Position numbers and translations under genes: made by a program. Below the pieces are notes generated by a model. The model did not search any database. It had not been told where the DNA came from and saw only the letters and a program-made list of their open reading frames with translations. Source: a virus (Duplodnaviria; Caudoviricetes). From it: a stretch of 64,000 nt of DNA. The DNA is taken from IMG/VR virus record IMGVR_UViG_3300042282_000085. One strand, given 5' to 3'. Shown here piece by piece: positions 8,889 through 20,065 of this stretch (positions are counted from its first letter, which is position 1; each line of letters begins with the position of its first letter).

Positions 8889-11027
8889 TTAATAGCCTCT
8901 ATTTCGCAACACCGCCCCTCGTAAGCTGTTTGTCTTGCGCTTGGACTCTTTGACCTGCTCTAAAATACTGTCCATTGACATGGCGCTACCGCCATCCACC
9001 TCCGTACGCGCAACCAACCGTTTAAGGTTTGCTTCAATACGAATACGTTCTGCCGGACTATCTGCGTCTTTAAGCTGTTCCTTAAGGTCTTCAATCTCTA
9101 ATCTAAGTTTAGCCTGCTCACCCCGTTTAACGGCATCCTCTTCTGACAGAGTTGCCCCGTCGTCCGATACCAATGACATTACGTCCCGGGTATCCAAGCC
9201 GTATTCATCCAAGTGGCGTCCGTGGGATAGGAACCAGTGCCCCAATAACCACCCCATGACCAAATCATCGTGGCCCCCTTCTGGATGGTCCACCCGCCCA
9301 TTGCGGGTAACCAATCCCCGTATCTCAGAGGACAGGGTGCGGTCTCGCACTTTATGTGCGGTGGTCTTCGCCGCTTGCTGGAGGACTGTATCGTACAGAA
9401 ACGCCCTGCGGTTACCCGTGGTCATAAAGCCAAACTTACCTTTATGTCGTAAGTAGAACTCCTCCTTACGCTGACTCAAGGGACGACACAGCTCCTTGTA
9501 GTCTTCGGGGTACTCAGCCTTATTGTCAATCAATCGATTGTAAATGCGACGGAAGGGGTCAACACCGTACGTCGGTAGTTTCGCAATCAAATAGTCCAAG
9601 ATGCCCTGTGCTGAGGATTTGTTCTCGATCATCAGGATGGTTTTTGGGAACCGCACCATGAGCTGTAATAACCATTCTGCATAACGGTACAGGTTAGCCT
9701 CTGAAATATCGGAGGCTGCGGTAATCGAAAGGTCACGACTATCGAGTACCGCAAGTCCATTGCTATCGCGCCCTACGGCGTTCGAGCTATCCAGTGATAA
9801 GATGTGCCAATGGCTCTCCATCACCCGTGTAATGTCCGCATGTGGGTGGTACCACCGAAGTATGTAGTTGTTACTACTACGCTCAATATAAAGCGGATCC
9901 ATCTCAGATAAGGCGATGGCTTGGTTTAACTGTATAGAGAGAGGCGAACTCTCCGTACCACTGGTCCAGATATTGAAGAAGTCACGGTTTGCCAAGTCTT
10001 CAGATGCACGGGCGTTATCGATCGCTTCTCGTAACCACTCGTCCGTTTTACCCAACTGACGGTGACTAAAGGTACCGTTAATCATGGGACTGTTTGAGGT
10101 AGAGTTAGCTTTAATAACCCGCACTAGATCCTCAATGTTCACACAGTCGTACAGGCATTCATTCCAGTACATGCCATTATGTACAAGGTTATAAGCAAAA
10201 CGTCCTTCTTTCGTATCCTTACGACCCGCTGTCGTGGTAAAGATGTTCCCATAGAGTCCTCGTGCCATCTTCGCATTCTCACGCGCCGCTGTAGCCGCCG
10301 CCAGTGCAACCGGCAAGGAGATGTGGATGTTCGGGATGTAGGGTAGCTCGTCCGCTTGGAGTATAGCCGCCGTCAAACCACGACCCAGGTTATCCGCCCC
10401 CTCACGCGACTTCTGTCCCACTGCGGTGAGGTATTCATTGGAGCGCTCAACCATGGTAATGATTTCGGTGTTATCCGCATCGTTACGGGTTGTCGGATTA
10501 AGGTAATTCGGCAATTGATCGCGTATGGCCTTTATACGGGCGACGTTCTGTCGACGTAGGGGATGGTCCTTGGTAATAAGCTGTACTTTGGTACTCCACG
10601 CCATCATGGCCAGGATAATGACCATGAGTACATCTGTGGATGCCGATTTACCGGTCTGACGCGGTTGAATGAGTGCATAATCGATGTGGTTGAAGAAGCA
10701 CCACATCATGGAGATATTGCCGCGATTAGCCTTAAAGGGTATAGGGGCAGGACCACCCTGTGGCGGCAAGCGAATTACCTCACGTACAACGTACCAAGGG
10801 TTCCACTGACATTCAGTGGCAATCGCGACCTTCGTTTCAAAATCCAAATTAGGGTCATGGGGATTTATGCCTTGCAGTGCGGGATTTAACAACGATAGGT
10901 GAAACGCATGGTTCTCAACCCCCATCTCACGGTAGACCGCTGCTAGACGTAAGAAGGACTCGTTTGTCGTGCGAGTATCTGCAATGGCGGTACCGTATCG
11001 GTTCCAATCAGATTTGAACAAAATCAT
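8889..11027 (-). CDS. Terminase large subunit (phiKZ gp25-like)
   Basis: PRQTGKS Walker A, ADE Walker B, TTA motif III, nuclease LDSS and HDDLV. Confidence 0.93.
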   Translation of the reverse strand: MILFKSDWNRYGTAIADTRTTNESFLRLAAVYREMGVENHAFHLSLLNPALQGINPHDPNLDFETKVAIATECQWNPWYVVREVIRLPPQGGPAPIPFKANRGNISMMWCFFNHIDYALIQPRQTGKSASTDVLMVIILAMMAWSTKVQLITKDHPLRRQNVARIKAIRDQLPNYLNPTTRNDADNTEIITMVERSNEYLTAVGQKSREGADNLGRGLTAAILQADELPYIPNIHISLPVALAAATAARENAKMARGLYGNIFTTTAGRKDTKEGRFAYNLVHNGMYWNECLYDCVNIEDLVRVIKANSTSNSPMINGTFSHRQLGKTDEWLREAIDNARASEDLANRDFFNIWTSGTESSPLSIQLNQAIALSEMDPLYIERSSNNYILRWYHPHADITRVMESHWHILSLDSSNAVGRDSNGLAVLDSRDLSITAASDISEANLYRYAEWLLQLMVRFPKTILMIENKSSAQGILDYLIAKLPTYGVDPFRRIYNRLIDNKAEYPEDYKELCRPLSQRKEEFYLRHKGKFGFMTTGNRRAFLYDTVLQQAAKTTAHKVRDRTLSSEIRGLVTRNGRVDHPEGGHDDLVMGWLLGHWFLSHGRHLDEYGLDTRDVMSLVSDDGATLSEEDAVKRGEQAKLRLEIEDLKEQLKDADSPAERIRIEANLKRLVARTEVDGGSAMSMDSILEQVKESKRKTNSLRGAVLRNRGY

Positions 11028-11087
11028 ACCGAATATCCTTAAAGGTAAAGTTAACTAATAGATTCAATCGCACGGTACCTTTTAAAG

Positions 11088-11124
11088 ATACTCTCCCTAT
11101 CCCCAGTGGGGATAGGGAGAGTAT
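11088..11124. terminator. Long hairpin between gp26-like gene and terminase
   Basis: ATACTCTCCCTATCCCCA-G-TGGGGATAGGGAGAGTAT. Confidence 0.6.
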
Positions 11125-11128
11125 GGTG

Positions 11129-12796
11129 TTAAATGTCGTTTTCGATAGACAGTGGCGTAATCCCCACTACCTTTTCACGGCCGTTCGCAATAACCAACCA
11201 GACGATGTTCAGTGGCCACGCACGGTCCCATTCGCGGTCCACTCCCAAGCGGAACGTTTGATTCCAGTCGTCTACGGAGTAAGTGCCAATTTCCCAGTCA
11301 CCTTTGTCCCCACCATTCTCTAAACGGAAATGGGTTGGCGTGGGGGCGGCATCCAGTAGCTGTGGGTCGTAAATTGGATCCATACTACTATAGAGCACAG
11401 ATAGCCAATCGTAGACCACCACCTGGTTACAGCTAATGTTGAACGGCTTCTCATCCAGTGAACTGGCCACCGCGTAGACATCATGTCCAAACTGCGTATA
11501 CCCGTCCCCCAGATAGTCAATGATCCAGTTATCCACCTCAGTGGCGTTGGGCGGGTTCAGAGTCAGCGTCACCTGTTGTGTATGGATGTGCCCAGGGTAT
11601 GCGCCCGGCATTACAGCATCCAAGTCCAGTGTAAGGTTAAGGATCTGTGTAATGCCAAATGAGAGTCCGTTAAAATCCCAACCGTTACTTTGTTTGACCG
11701 TAACGTGTTCGGTCACATCTAGGTTCAGTGTATATTCCACGTCCGTTAACCGCACACGCAGTTCGTATTGGGTTCCAGTCCAATACGGAATAACGTACAG
11801 TTTAAACGCAAAACTCTGGCTGGTAGGTACGTTCGCCAGTTTATAGGTTTTACTGATCGAGGGCGTAGGTGTGCCCGACAGGTTAATCGATTGTTCCTGT
11901 GCACTCGGATAGTAGGTTAACACTACGTGGGTTGTAGGCCCTAACAAACTGGTGTTAAAGTTACTTAACCCATGGAGCTTTACCCGCACCCCGTCAATCG
12001 CATGGTCCTGGTAGTTCCCATCGCTATAGTGAACACGACAGGTCAACATGGACGTGTTAAAGGGTACGTTAAGTTGATTCTCAATCAGTAGCGGGTCATG
12101 GTCAGAGAGCAGGTGGGAAATAAGCTCTACGTCCTCTACATAGACGTTAGAGGCAGTAGGACCTGCAATCATGTTTGCATTGCGTACAATGAAACTATGC
12201 TCCCCACAGGCTCGACCTGCGGCATTGTAGATAATCGCGGTGACAATCTCACCGTCCTGTAGATCCTGGCTGGTATGGCAACGGGCTGGGCGTTTGAGCG
12301 TAGCGTTACCCTGAAACAAAGGTACAAGGTCTACAGACTCTGAAATAACCGCACCCCGACTGTCAACGGATTGAGAGATAACCGTGCCCTCTGGCGAGGT
12401 ATCGGTACCCAGATAGAGTTTCATCTGAGTCGCTTCACTACCGTATACCCGATACCGACTATCAATGGACAGGGTAAAGGGTTTGGTCATCTTATCAATA
12501 AAGATGCGGGTTGCAATATGGGGCTGGTAAAGTTTAAGCCCTTCGTGCAGGTTATCGGGATCTTTGATTTCATTCTCAAACCGAGCGGCCGGGTTAAAGG
12601 GTACCAGGGTAGGAATTGCGGTTACCGCATCCACCGCATCCACTCGATAGAAAAGGTCAAACCCGTCAAATACAATGTCCCCTACGTTAGGGACATATAG
12701 CGTATCGGACGTGTCAATGTTTTCACCCGTATACACCTCTCGCAAGGTCCATACGCGAAACCCTCGTTCAGGGTCCCGTCTGTATACAACTGACAT
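11129..12796 (-). CDS. Virion structural protein (phiKZ gp26-like)
   Basis: Position between terminase and sheath; N-terminal RDP...W...EVYTG...YVPNVGD. Confidence 0.75.
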   Translation of the reverse strand: MSVVYRRDPERGFRVWTLREVYTGENIDTSDTLYVPNVGDIVFDGFDLFYRVDAVDAVTAIPTLVPFNPAARFENEIKDPDNLHEGLKLYQPHIATRIFIDKMTKPFTLSIDSRYRVYGSEATQMKLYLGTDTSPEGTVISQSVDSRGAVISESVDLVPLFQGNATLKRPARCHTSQDLQDGEIVTAIIYNAAGRACGEHSFIVRNANMIAGPTASNVYVEDVELISHLLSDHDPLLIENQLNVPFNTSMLTCRVHYSDGNYQDHAIDGVRVKLHGLSNFNTSLLGPTTHVVLTYYPSAQEQSINLSGTPTPSISKTYKLANVPTSQSFAFKLYVIPYWTGTQYELRVRLTDVEYTLNLDVTEHVTVKQSNGWDFNGLSFGITQILNLTLDLDAVMPGAYPGHIHTQQVTLTLNPPNATEVDNWIIDYLGDGYTQFGHDVYAVASSLDEKPFNISCNQVVVYDWLSVLYSSMDPIYDPQLLDAAPTPTHFRLENGGDKGDWEIGTYSVDDWNQTFRLGVDREWDRAWPLNIVWLVIANGREKVVGITPLSIENDI

Positions 12797-12805
12797 ACTG
12801 TCACC

Positions 12806-15376
12806 TTATGCTTTTACTACATTGAAGTAGGTATTAAAGACCAGCCGCTTGTGGAAATATAGTTCATTCAGTATCCGTAAGAACATGAACTCATCTTCCG
12901 TTACCTGTATCTGCTCATTCGCAGGACAGGGATGGACGTCGATCATGTTCCATTCCAGGTCTTCTGATAGAACATCACTCTCAAGCTCACCTAAGTACTC
13001 ATGCATGGCCACAACGGCGCCCCCACGACTCAGTCCGATGCGCGCTACGTCGATTACTTTATCACGAATACGCTGTACCGTACGGTATACGAAAGGACTG
13101 TGGATCGCGTGGGCATGTGTAATAAAGACCGGCACCTCTGTGTAGGGTCGCTCCAAGATGGGATAAAGCAAACGACTGGCGTCTGACTCTGACGTTTGGT
13201 CTAGCCCGTAGCGTACCAGTGCCCACTCTGACAGGGTCCGTACCGGTGTCTCTCGGTAGTAGAGTCCTCCTTCACGGATTGAAGGGGCAATGACCTGATC
13301 TGGACGCTCCGCTAAATCCCACTCATCCACTGACGAGAGTGTACCGTCCACCACGAGGGTATGGAAACGAAGATCACTGAAGCGAGTCGACTGCCCGTCC
13401 ACCATTCTACGGTTACGGACAAACCCTGACTCGGACCAATAATCGGTTTGATCGGGTAGACCGTAATGAAAGACCTGTACCCGTACACGATCGTTTAAAT
13501 GTCCTAGGTGGTATTCCTTAGCGTAGAGCTGAATGTTGGGGTAGTCTACTTTAAAGTCAATGCCCTCTACTAAACGCCGTCCATCCAGATAGATTTCTAG
13601 ATGTGAAAGACGTAACAGTGTGGCTGGACCTTCATCGACATAGATCGAGAATGGGTGGTAAAGGAGTTCAGGGTCTACCGACAGGTCACGGTAAATACTG
13701 TCACGGATTGAGCGACGCATCCGCTCATCGTTCTTATGATGATCCAGCCACGTTAAGGTACCTGTGGACTGATCCACGCTATAGTCGGTATCCAGGTAGG
13801 CCGGGTGCCATTCCTCACTCGGTACTGAACGCCAATAATACTGATCCCCAAACCAATCCGCCTGAGTAATGTAATCAGTATCCCGATCCATCCCATCGCC
13901 GGTTTCACGTCCATCCCCAGGAATACACCGTACCCGTTTAACCACTTCGCTTAACTGAACGCTACTACCGTAATTACCTTCGGGTACCTGCACGACTTCA
14001 ATCAGAACACCGTTTACATCATATCCCAAGACCATACAGCCGATGGTGGCTATCCAGGGCAAGCGGTAATTCCATTTATTTGAGCTTGCATTCCATACAA
14101 AGTGAGACTCGGGATAATGTCCCTCCAATACACGGCGGTTCACCTCATCGTAGCTATAGAGGCCTGCAAGCGTATCCAGTGAAAGGGATCCAGCAATGCC
14201 GTTCTGCCACTGCATGTAGGCAGACTGTTCCAACTGGGTGGGCTGCCAGCCTGTAAAGGTACTCGTCGTCCCCACCATTAGACTGCGACGGTATGTCTCA
14301 TCCACCCGATAGAGGTCCAGTGTATGCTGGCCATCGACCTGAGGGAACCGCTTTACCGCATCGGTGGTCTTACGGAAGAAGATTCTGAAGAAAGGCTCTA
14401 CCAACGGCAACGTGTCCCAATGCTCCTGAATCAAGGCCTCGACCCGACGACTATCTACCCCAAAATCTTGATGGGTAAGCTGTCGGATATCAGCATCTTG
14501 AATGCGACTAAAGAAGATACCCTTATAACGAGGATAACTCCCTACATTCGCCTGGCGCCCTACGAGATAAATATCGAGCTCATCGGCCGGTACCGCTTGC
14601 TCAGGGTCATCCAAGTTTAAAGACACCAGCCACTTATTGACCTGATCGAGTTCAGAATAGTAATGCATTAGGTCGTTGATGGGTAAATCCAGATACCCCA
14701 TCCCAGACTTATCCACATGCACGGCTAACGTATCGCCCGCCTGCAGTTCACTGACACTGATGTCGTTAACATAGTAGCCATTATGGAATAAGAGCTTATG
14801 ACCTTCTTCCTCTAGCCGCCATCGCGTAATAATGGGACCTGCGTCATCCACCACGTTTAGCTGTCCGCCCACATAGTTAATGGGCGTATCTAGATGCTGT
14901 CCCTGTTCCTGTAGCCAGTCATTTGAAAAGACTCGCAGATAAAGAGGCTGCTCCGTTTCCAGCAGTATCTCATTTATCTGCGCGTTAACCGCTAGGGTTA
15001 GCTGCATGCGTTCATTACGACGAATATAGATGCTGGACAAGGGGAGTTGTCGCTGTGCGATATGGACGTTGACCACCATTTCATTATCCCGGGCCACCTC
15101 GTCCAGACGAATCCAGCGTAGCATTTCCAAGCGACTGTACTCTAGCCCCAGAAAGGCACTGCTTTGTTGTCCAAAGCCATAGACCACGTAGCGGTTTGTA
15201 CTATCCGGTAAATAGTGGTCGGTATAGCCTAGATTAATGCGTACACGATCGCCCCGCAGGCGGTTAAACCGTGCGGGTACGATGGTGAAGTGTCGGTCAT
15301 CGTGTGGGTCAAACCACATTTCTTCTGCAGCGGCCTTAATAAGGTCCTGCTCAAACTGATTCGTCGGCATCTTCAA
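12806..15376 (-). CDS. Virion structural protein (phiKZ gp27-like)
   Basis: 856 aa; synteny; YLDGRRLVEGIDF motif. Confidence 0.75.
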   Translation of the reverse strand: MKMPTNQFEQDLIKAAAEEMWFDPHDDRHFTIVPARFNRLRGDRVRINLGYTDHYLPDSTNRYVVYGFGQQSSAFLGLEYSRLEMLRWIRLDEVARDNEMVVNVHIAQRQLPLSSIYIRRNERMQLTLAVNAQINEILLETEQPLYLRVFSNDWLQEQGQHLDTPINYVGGQLNVVDDAGPIITRWRLEEEGHKLLFHNGYYVNDISVSELQAGDTLAVHVDKSGMGYLDLPINDLMHYYSELDQVNKWLVSLNLDDPEQAVPADELDIYLVGRQANVGSYPRYKGIFFSRIQDADIRQLTHQDFGVDSRRVEALIQEHWDTLPLVEPFFRIFFRKTTDAVKRFPQVDGQHTLDLYRVDETYRRSLMVGTTSTFTGWQPTQLEQSAYMQWQNGIAGSLSLDTLAGLYSYDEVNRRVLEGHYPESHFVWNASSNKWNYRLPWIATIGCMVLGYDVNGVLIEVVQVPEGNYGSSVQLSEVVKRVRCIPGDGRETGDGMDRDTDYITQADWFGDQYYWRSVPSEEWHPAYLDTDYSVDQSTGTLTWLDHHKNDERMRRSIRDSIYRDLSVDPELLYHPFSIYVDEGPATLLRLSHLEIYLDGRRLVEGIDFKVDYPNIQLYAKEYHLGHLNDRVRVQVFHYGLPDQTDYWSESGFVRNRRMVDGQSTRFSDLRFHTLVVDGTLSSVDEWDLAERPDQVIAPSIREGGLYYRETPVRTLSEWALVRYGLDQTSESDASRLLYPILERPYTEVPVFITHAHAIHSPFVYRTVQRIRDKVIDVARIGLSRGGAVVAMHEYLGELESDVLSEDLEWNMIDVHPCPANEQIQVTEDEFMFLRILNELYFHKRLVFNTYFNVVKA

Positions 15377-16280
15377 TATCCCCTAAAAAGGACACGACTG
15401 CCTTCAAGTTAGCGGTGCGCTGCATTGAAGCACAGGTACGCCCGATGCGAGTTTTAGATTTGTACATGTTCGTGGTTTCCGCCAGGGCTACCATCTGTGA
15501 GAATACCGGTGGGTACTCCAGTGCCATAACGGATAGACCTACGGCCTCATGACCAATCCAGCTCCCACTGCCCATTAACTGAATAAGGGTATTGGAGTTA
15601 AACTGACCCATGTGGGTGGTAACGCTCTGTCGGATAGCTAAACACAAACCCTCTAGGTTAGCAGGCCGTTCTTTCAACCACTCCTGTACCTCTGCATTCT
15701 CTAAGGTATCCATGACCATCTGTGGCGGTACCCAGCCACCGCGTGCACCCAACAGTCGAATTGCCATCGCGGTGAGTTCTTCAGGGTCGACACGGTAATC
15801 TTTACGCGCCTTATGACCACTGGCCTCTAGGTAGAGTGCCAGATAGTAAACCGCTGCAAGAATGCGGATGGTGGCGCCGTCGGTCGCTGGCATGGCAAAG
15901 CGGCTGGCTAAGCCATTAGAGATCCACTGGCTGAATACTAACGCTGTAGGACGCATCACGGCGTCATAGGCATCGGGATTTGACTGCCAGAGGTACTCAA
16001 GGTATCCCCGCTGCACGAGGTTACGGTACTCTGGCATGTTGCGAATGCCACCGGCTTTGTTATAGAAAGGACGACCATCCAGGAACACCTTACCATCGTG
16101 AAAGATCGGATGGCTCCAGTGGTCCAATTTTTCGTTCTCAGCCGTGGTGATATAAATGTGTTTCGATACAGGCTTGAGTTGCCCCTCTCCCCCCAAGGCC
16201 AACTGCTCATCAATGCCTTGTTTAATCTGCTGGATGCGCCCTGCAAACTGACGTCCAATTGTAGTGCCGTATGGTCCCAT
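15351..16280 (-). CDS. Virion structural protein (phiKZ gp28-like)
   Basis: Divergent from sheath; HPIF and ALEYPP motifs. Confidence 0.7.
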   Translation of the reverse strand: MGPYGTTIGRQFAGRIQQIKQGIDEQLALGGEGQLKPVSKHIYITTAENEKLDHWSHPIFHDGKVFLDGRPFYNKAGGIRNMPEYRNLVQRGYLEYLWQSNPDAYDAVMRPTALVFSQWISNGLASRFAMPATDGATIRILAAVYYLALYLEASGHKARKDYRVDPEELTAMAIRLLGARGGWVPPQMVMDTLENAEVQEWLKERPANLEGLCLAIRQSVTTHMGQFNSNTLIQLMGSGSWIGHEAVGLSVMALEYPPVFSQMVALAETTNMYKSKTRIGRTCASMQRTANLKAVVSFLGDIEDADESV

Positions 16281-16623
16281 GGCGGGTACTCCTGTTATCG
16301 GTTAAATCGTATAGGCCTGTTAAAAATTATCGTAGCAGTATATAGAGCCAATTCTTACTATTCGCCTTTGGCTTTATTGAACATACGATTCCACTGGCTT
16401 GCCTGTGGTTAATGGGCATCCCGCTCGCATTACGTATCTCACTTATGTCGGTGAATTGATCACTCGCCGCAGGGTGTCGTTGGGACTGGATTCTATGTGT
16501 ACTCTGCCTTGTATTTAGGTATATGGCGTGTCATGTGGAGTCCATGCCACTCATAACTTTGCAAAGTTAAAAGGTTAAAAATATGCGCATACATAAACCT
16601 AGCATTTTGGGAGGTAACCTCCA

Positions 16624-18663
16624 ATGGCTACAATGATTAAGAACGCATCCCCTCGTCCGATTCTCACAGGTATTCGGGACGAATCGGGTCGCGCCTTACC
16701 CGTTATCCGGGAACAGATTCCCCAGCACCTCCCTCTCTTCTATATCCAGACCCAGCGTGGACCTATTGATCCTCAGTTGGTATCTGGCGGTGACATGCTG
16801 GAAATGTACGGCCGTAAGTCGTTTGAAGAGCGGTCTAAGTACTTCTCTCACCAGACTATGGGTGTCACCACCTGTAATGGTGCGGGTAATGCGGTCTTCA
16901 TTAAGCGTGTACTGGCAGACAATGCTGCCCGTGCAGGTATGGTGTTCTTCCTGGAACTGGTCGCCGATGACGTTCCTCAGTACCAGCGTGATCCGGATGG
17001 TGAAGTGATCCGTGATCCGTCTGGCGTTAAGCTGATTGACGGTAGTGTCACCGTAGACGGTTACAAGATGCGTTGGGTGGTTGAGCCGGTATCGGACATC
17101 AACAACCTGCGCGGTGAATTTAAAACCAACGGTACTTTGGCGGGTCGTGCAGGTGAAACCGCACAGCGTTTCCCGATCTTCGCCTTTGGCATGTACTACG
17201 GTGAATACGGTAACAACATCGGTATCCGTTTCTCCTTCCCGGGCCCGGCTACCAGCGATCCGGCTGACCTGTCTTTGGTTGAGTCTGAGCGTGCCATGAT
17301 TTACCGCGCCCAGTGGGTCGAGCGTGACGATGCGTTCTCTCTGCCGCGTACCACCTACAGCATGAACGCTGAACCCTTCGTTGACTTTACGTTGAAAGAA
17401 GGCGTGGTAAACCCGAAGACGGATCAAGAACTGGCAATCGGTCGCATTAAGTCCGACTACGAGAACATTGAGCCGACCTCTGGTTTTATTCCCAAACACG
17501 GTCCGGTTCAGGACATGCACATCTACCAGGAGAACATCGAAGAGATCCTGGAGATGCTGTTTGAGAAAGAAGTTGCTGCCGGTGGCCCTGTCGTTGACAA
17601 GCATCAGCTGAACATCTTCAACTGCCTGGATTACAACGGTAACGACCATTACAGCTTTGTACTGGATGCATCGTCCGCTACCATGTCCTCCTCCACTGTT
17701 CATTATGGACAGGGCGGTTCTGACGGTGATGTAAATGAAGCGGTACTGGATGAGCTGGTACGGGAAGAATGTTTGAACAACTGGGAAAACATTGATTACC
17801 CGCTGCTGGACTCTGCCCGTTACCCGTTGAGCGTGGTCTATGATACTGGCTTTACGCTGGAAACCAAGAAAGCCATTATCAACGTACTGGCGTACCGTAA
17901 AGACATTTCTGTCGGTATCTGTACTCAGGACGTTCTAAACCGTCCGAACAGTATCTCGGAAGAGACGTCTGTTATGACAGCACTGCGCGCCTATGCACGC
18001 CTCATCCCGGAATCCACCATCCACGGTACTCCGGTATGTCGCATGGTTTGTATTGGCCATGTAGGTCGCAAACAGTACAGCAACTACAAGTACAAGGTAC
18101 CGTTGATTCACGATCTGATCGAGAAGCGTGCCAAGTACATGGGTGCAGGTGAAGGTCGTTATAAGACCCGTTTCGCGTATGACGTTGCTCCGGCAAACCG
18201 CGTAGAAACCATGTCTGAAATCAACCATCCGTGGAAGCCTGAGATCGTACGCTCGCGCGATTGGGAACTGGGCCTGAACTGGGTACAGTTTGCCGACCGT
18301 CAGAGCCTCTTCTATCCGGCTCTGCAGACTATCTACGACGACGATACCTCTGTACTGAACTCTGACATCAACATGCTCATCGCAGTCGATGTTGTGAAGC
18401 AGTCCGAAGAAGTCTGGCGCCGTATGACCGGTAACACCACCTATACCAATGAGCAGTTCATCGAACGCTGTAACCGTGAACTTCTGACCCTGGTAGAAGG
18501 TCGCTACGACAACCGTGTTACCATTGTACCGAACACCTACTTCACTGAAGCGGATGAGGCACGCGGATACTCGTGGACCATGGACGTAGCGGTTTACGCT
18601 AACAACATGCGTACTGTGGGTATTATTAACGTCATCACTCGCCGCAGCAGCGATTTGGACTAA
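16624..18663 (+). CDS. Tail sheath protein (phiKZ gp29-like)
   Basis: NASP..GIRDES..PQHLPLF, YDTGF, C-terminal NMRTV; strongly biased codon usage. Confidence 0.9.
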   Translation: MATMIKNASPRPILTGIRDESGRALPVIREQIPQHLPLFYIQTQRGPIDPQLVSGGDMLEMYGRKSFEERSKYFSHQTMGVTTCNGAGNAVFIKRVLADNAARAGMVFFLELVADDVPQYQRDPDGEVIRDPSGVKLIDGSVTVDGYKMRWVVEPVSDINNLRGEFKTNGTLAGRAGETAQRFPIFAFGMYYGEYGNNIGIRFSFPGPATSDPADLSLVESERAMIYRAQWVERDDAFSLPRTTYSMNAEPFVDFTLKEGVVNPKTDQELAIGRIKSDYENIEPTSGFIPKHGPVQDMHIYQENIEEILEMLFEKEVAAGGPVVDKHQLNIFNCLDYNGNDHYSFVLDASSATMSSSTVHYGQGGSDGDVNEAVLDELVREECLNNWENIDYPLLDSARYPLSVVYDTGFTLETKKAIINVLAYRKDISVGICTQDVLNRPNSISEETSVMTALRAYARLIPESTIHGTPVCRMVCIGHVGRKQYSNYKYKVPLIHDLIEKRAKYMGAGEGRYKTRFAYDVAPANRVETMSEINHPWKPEIVRSRDWELGLNWVQFADRQSLFYPALQTIYDDDTSVLNSDINMLIAVDVVKQSEEVWRRMTGNTTYTNEQFIERCNRELLTLVEGRYDNRVTIVPNTYFTEADEARGYSWTMDVAVYANNMRTVGIINVITRRSSDLD

Positions 18664-18675
18664 AGGGGATAAACA

Positions 18676-19542
18676 ATGAGTAACATTCTTGTAGCCGAAG
18701 ACCATTCCCTGTCGGCTGGTCGCACACGTGCCTTGAACGGCGCCGTCGGCGGCCAACAGGGCGCCATGTCGGATCCCCGTAACTGGATGTCCAGTGCCAC
18801 CTACGTTAAACAGAAGCTGATCCCGGTACTGATTGAGGCCCCTGGTCACATGACGTACATGGATAATGGTGCTGACCGCATCAAGATCCTGAAGGCTCTG
18901 GTTGAACTGATGGCCACCTCCATTACGGGTCTGACCAGTACACTGGAAGTGGAATATGGTGAGCACCGCGTCTCTAATGCCGGTGAGTTCCATGAGACCA
19001 TGACCAACGTAAACCGTGCTCGTTCAGTGCCGTCCTTTGTATGGCCTGAGAAAGAGGGTATGGCGGTTTACAACTTCTTCAATGATTGGATTGTCGAGTT
19101 GTTGGCGGATCCTGAAACCATGCATCCGGGTCTGGTAAATAAAACAGCCTATCAGGAAGCGGGTTATCCGGAGTTCTTGCCGGATGCGATCTCAATGACC
19201 GTGCTGTTCATTGAACCGTCTCGTGACCTGAAGCGCATCACCAATGCGTGGCTGTGCACCAACATGATGCCGAAGTCTTCTGGTACCAACGAAGGTTCTC
19301 GTGTCATTGGTGAAGCGAACGAAACGGTTGAACAGACCATCGAGTTCACTGCAACCACTCAGATCGGTAAAGAAGTTATCCGTCTGGCTCAGACCTACCT
19401 GGATGAGCTGAACAAGACTGGCTTCCAGCCGGCGGCACTGCCTGCTGCGTATGAAGAGATTTCAGCCGACGTTAATGTCGACTCTGAAAGCTACAAAACC
19501 AAGGTTGAGCAAGTTGCCGACGCCGCTGCGTCTCAGGGATAA
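18676..19542 (+). CDS. Tail tube protein (phiKZ gp30-like)
   Basis: Follows sheath; VLFIEP...AWLCTNMMP. Confidence 0.88.
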   Translation: MSNILVAEDHSLSAGRTRALNGAVGGQQGAMSDPRNWMSSATYVKQKLIPVLIEAPGHMTYMDNGADRIKILKALVELMATSITGLTSTLEVEYGEHRVSNAGEFHETMTNVNRARSVPSFVWPEKEGMAVYNFFNDWIVELLADPETMHPGLVNKTAYQEAGYPEFLPDAISMTVLFIEPSRDLKRITNAWLCTNMMPKSSGTNEGSRVIGEANETVEQTIEFTATTQIGKEVIRLAQTYLDELNKTGFQPAALPAAYEEISADVNVDSESYKTKVEQVADAAASQG

Positions 19543-19551
19543 GCATAGTAC

Positions 19552-19581
19552 AATCCCCATGGGCTTCGGCCCATGGGGATT
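19552..19581. terminator. Bidirectional hairpin (UUCG loop) flanked by GCATA / TATGC
   Basis: AATCCCCATGGGC-TTCG-GCCCATGGGGATT between convergent genes. Confidence 0.8.
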
Positions 19582-19588
19582 TATGCTG

Positions 19589-19972
19589 TCATCCAGTTAT
19601 AGTGTCACCCTCACTGTCAAGGGGGTATTCCTTTAATTTCTCCAGTCCATTTTGAATAAGTAGGTCAGCCAGTGAATCTTCACGGGTACCCTCTGGCGTC
19701 ATGAGGTAAAGATCCGCTACATACCGACCGTAGACCCCTAGCTTATGGGTTACTAAGATAACCTCCTTACCTTCAATTAAACTGCGTACGAAATCGGTCG
19801 CTTCTTTCCCATGTACCCGCTCAGCCTCACACGAAGGGCGATAGGTTTCAGGGGTGTCTACCCCATTCAATCTGAAACTGTGGGTAATGGTAATGGAGAA
19901 GCCACAATCTACTTCAGCCCAAAAGCTATCTCCATCCACCACTCGGGTGACTCGTGCCCTATACTCATACAT
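19589..19972 (-). CDS. Thermonuclease (SNase-like) nuclease
   Basis: RVVDGDS, RLNGVDTPE, YGRYVA. Confidence 0.9.
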   Translation of the reverse strand: MYEYRARVTRVVDGDSFWAEVDCGFSITITHSFRLNGVDTPETYRPSCEAERVHGKEATDFVRSLIEGKEVILVTHKLGVYGRYVADLYLMTPEGTREDSLADLLIQNGLEKLKEYPLDSEGDTITG

Positions 19973-20020
19973 AGTGAATCCTCTTTACAAACCCTGTGGT
20001 TAGGTACAGAGGATCTAAAG

Positions 20021-20060
20021 AAAAAAAAGAATCATATCCACCCGCCCGAAGGCGGGTGGG
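20021..20060 (-). terminator. Hairpin plus U-tract terminator
   Basis: CCACCCGCC-CGAA-GGCGGGTGG, with A8 at 20021-20028. Confidence 0.75.
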
Positions 20061-20065
20061 TTAAA

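Noticed and set aside
16696-18993. Long antisense ORFs (335 and 352 aa) opposite sheath/tube
   Set aside because: Shadow frames caused by strong codon bias of highly expressed genes; no protein-like motifs.
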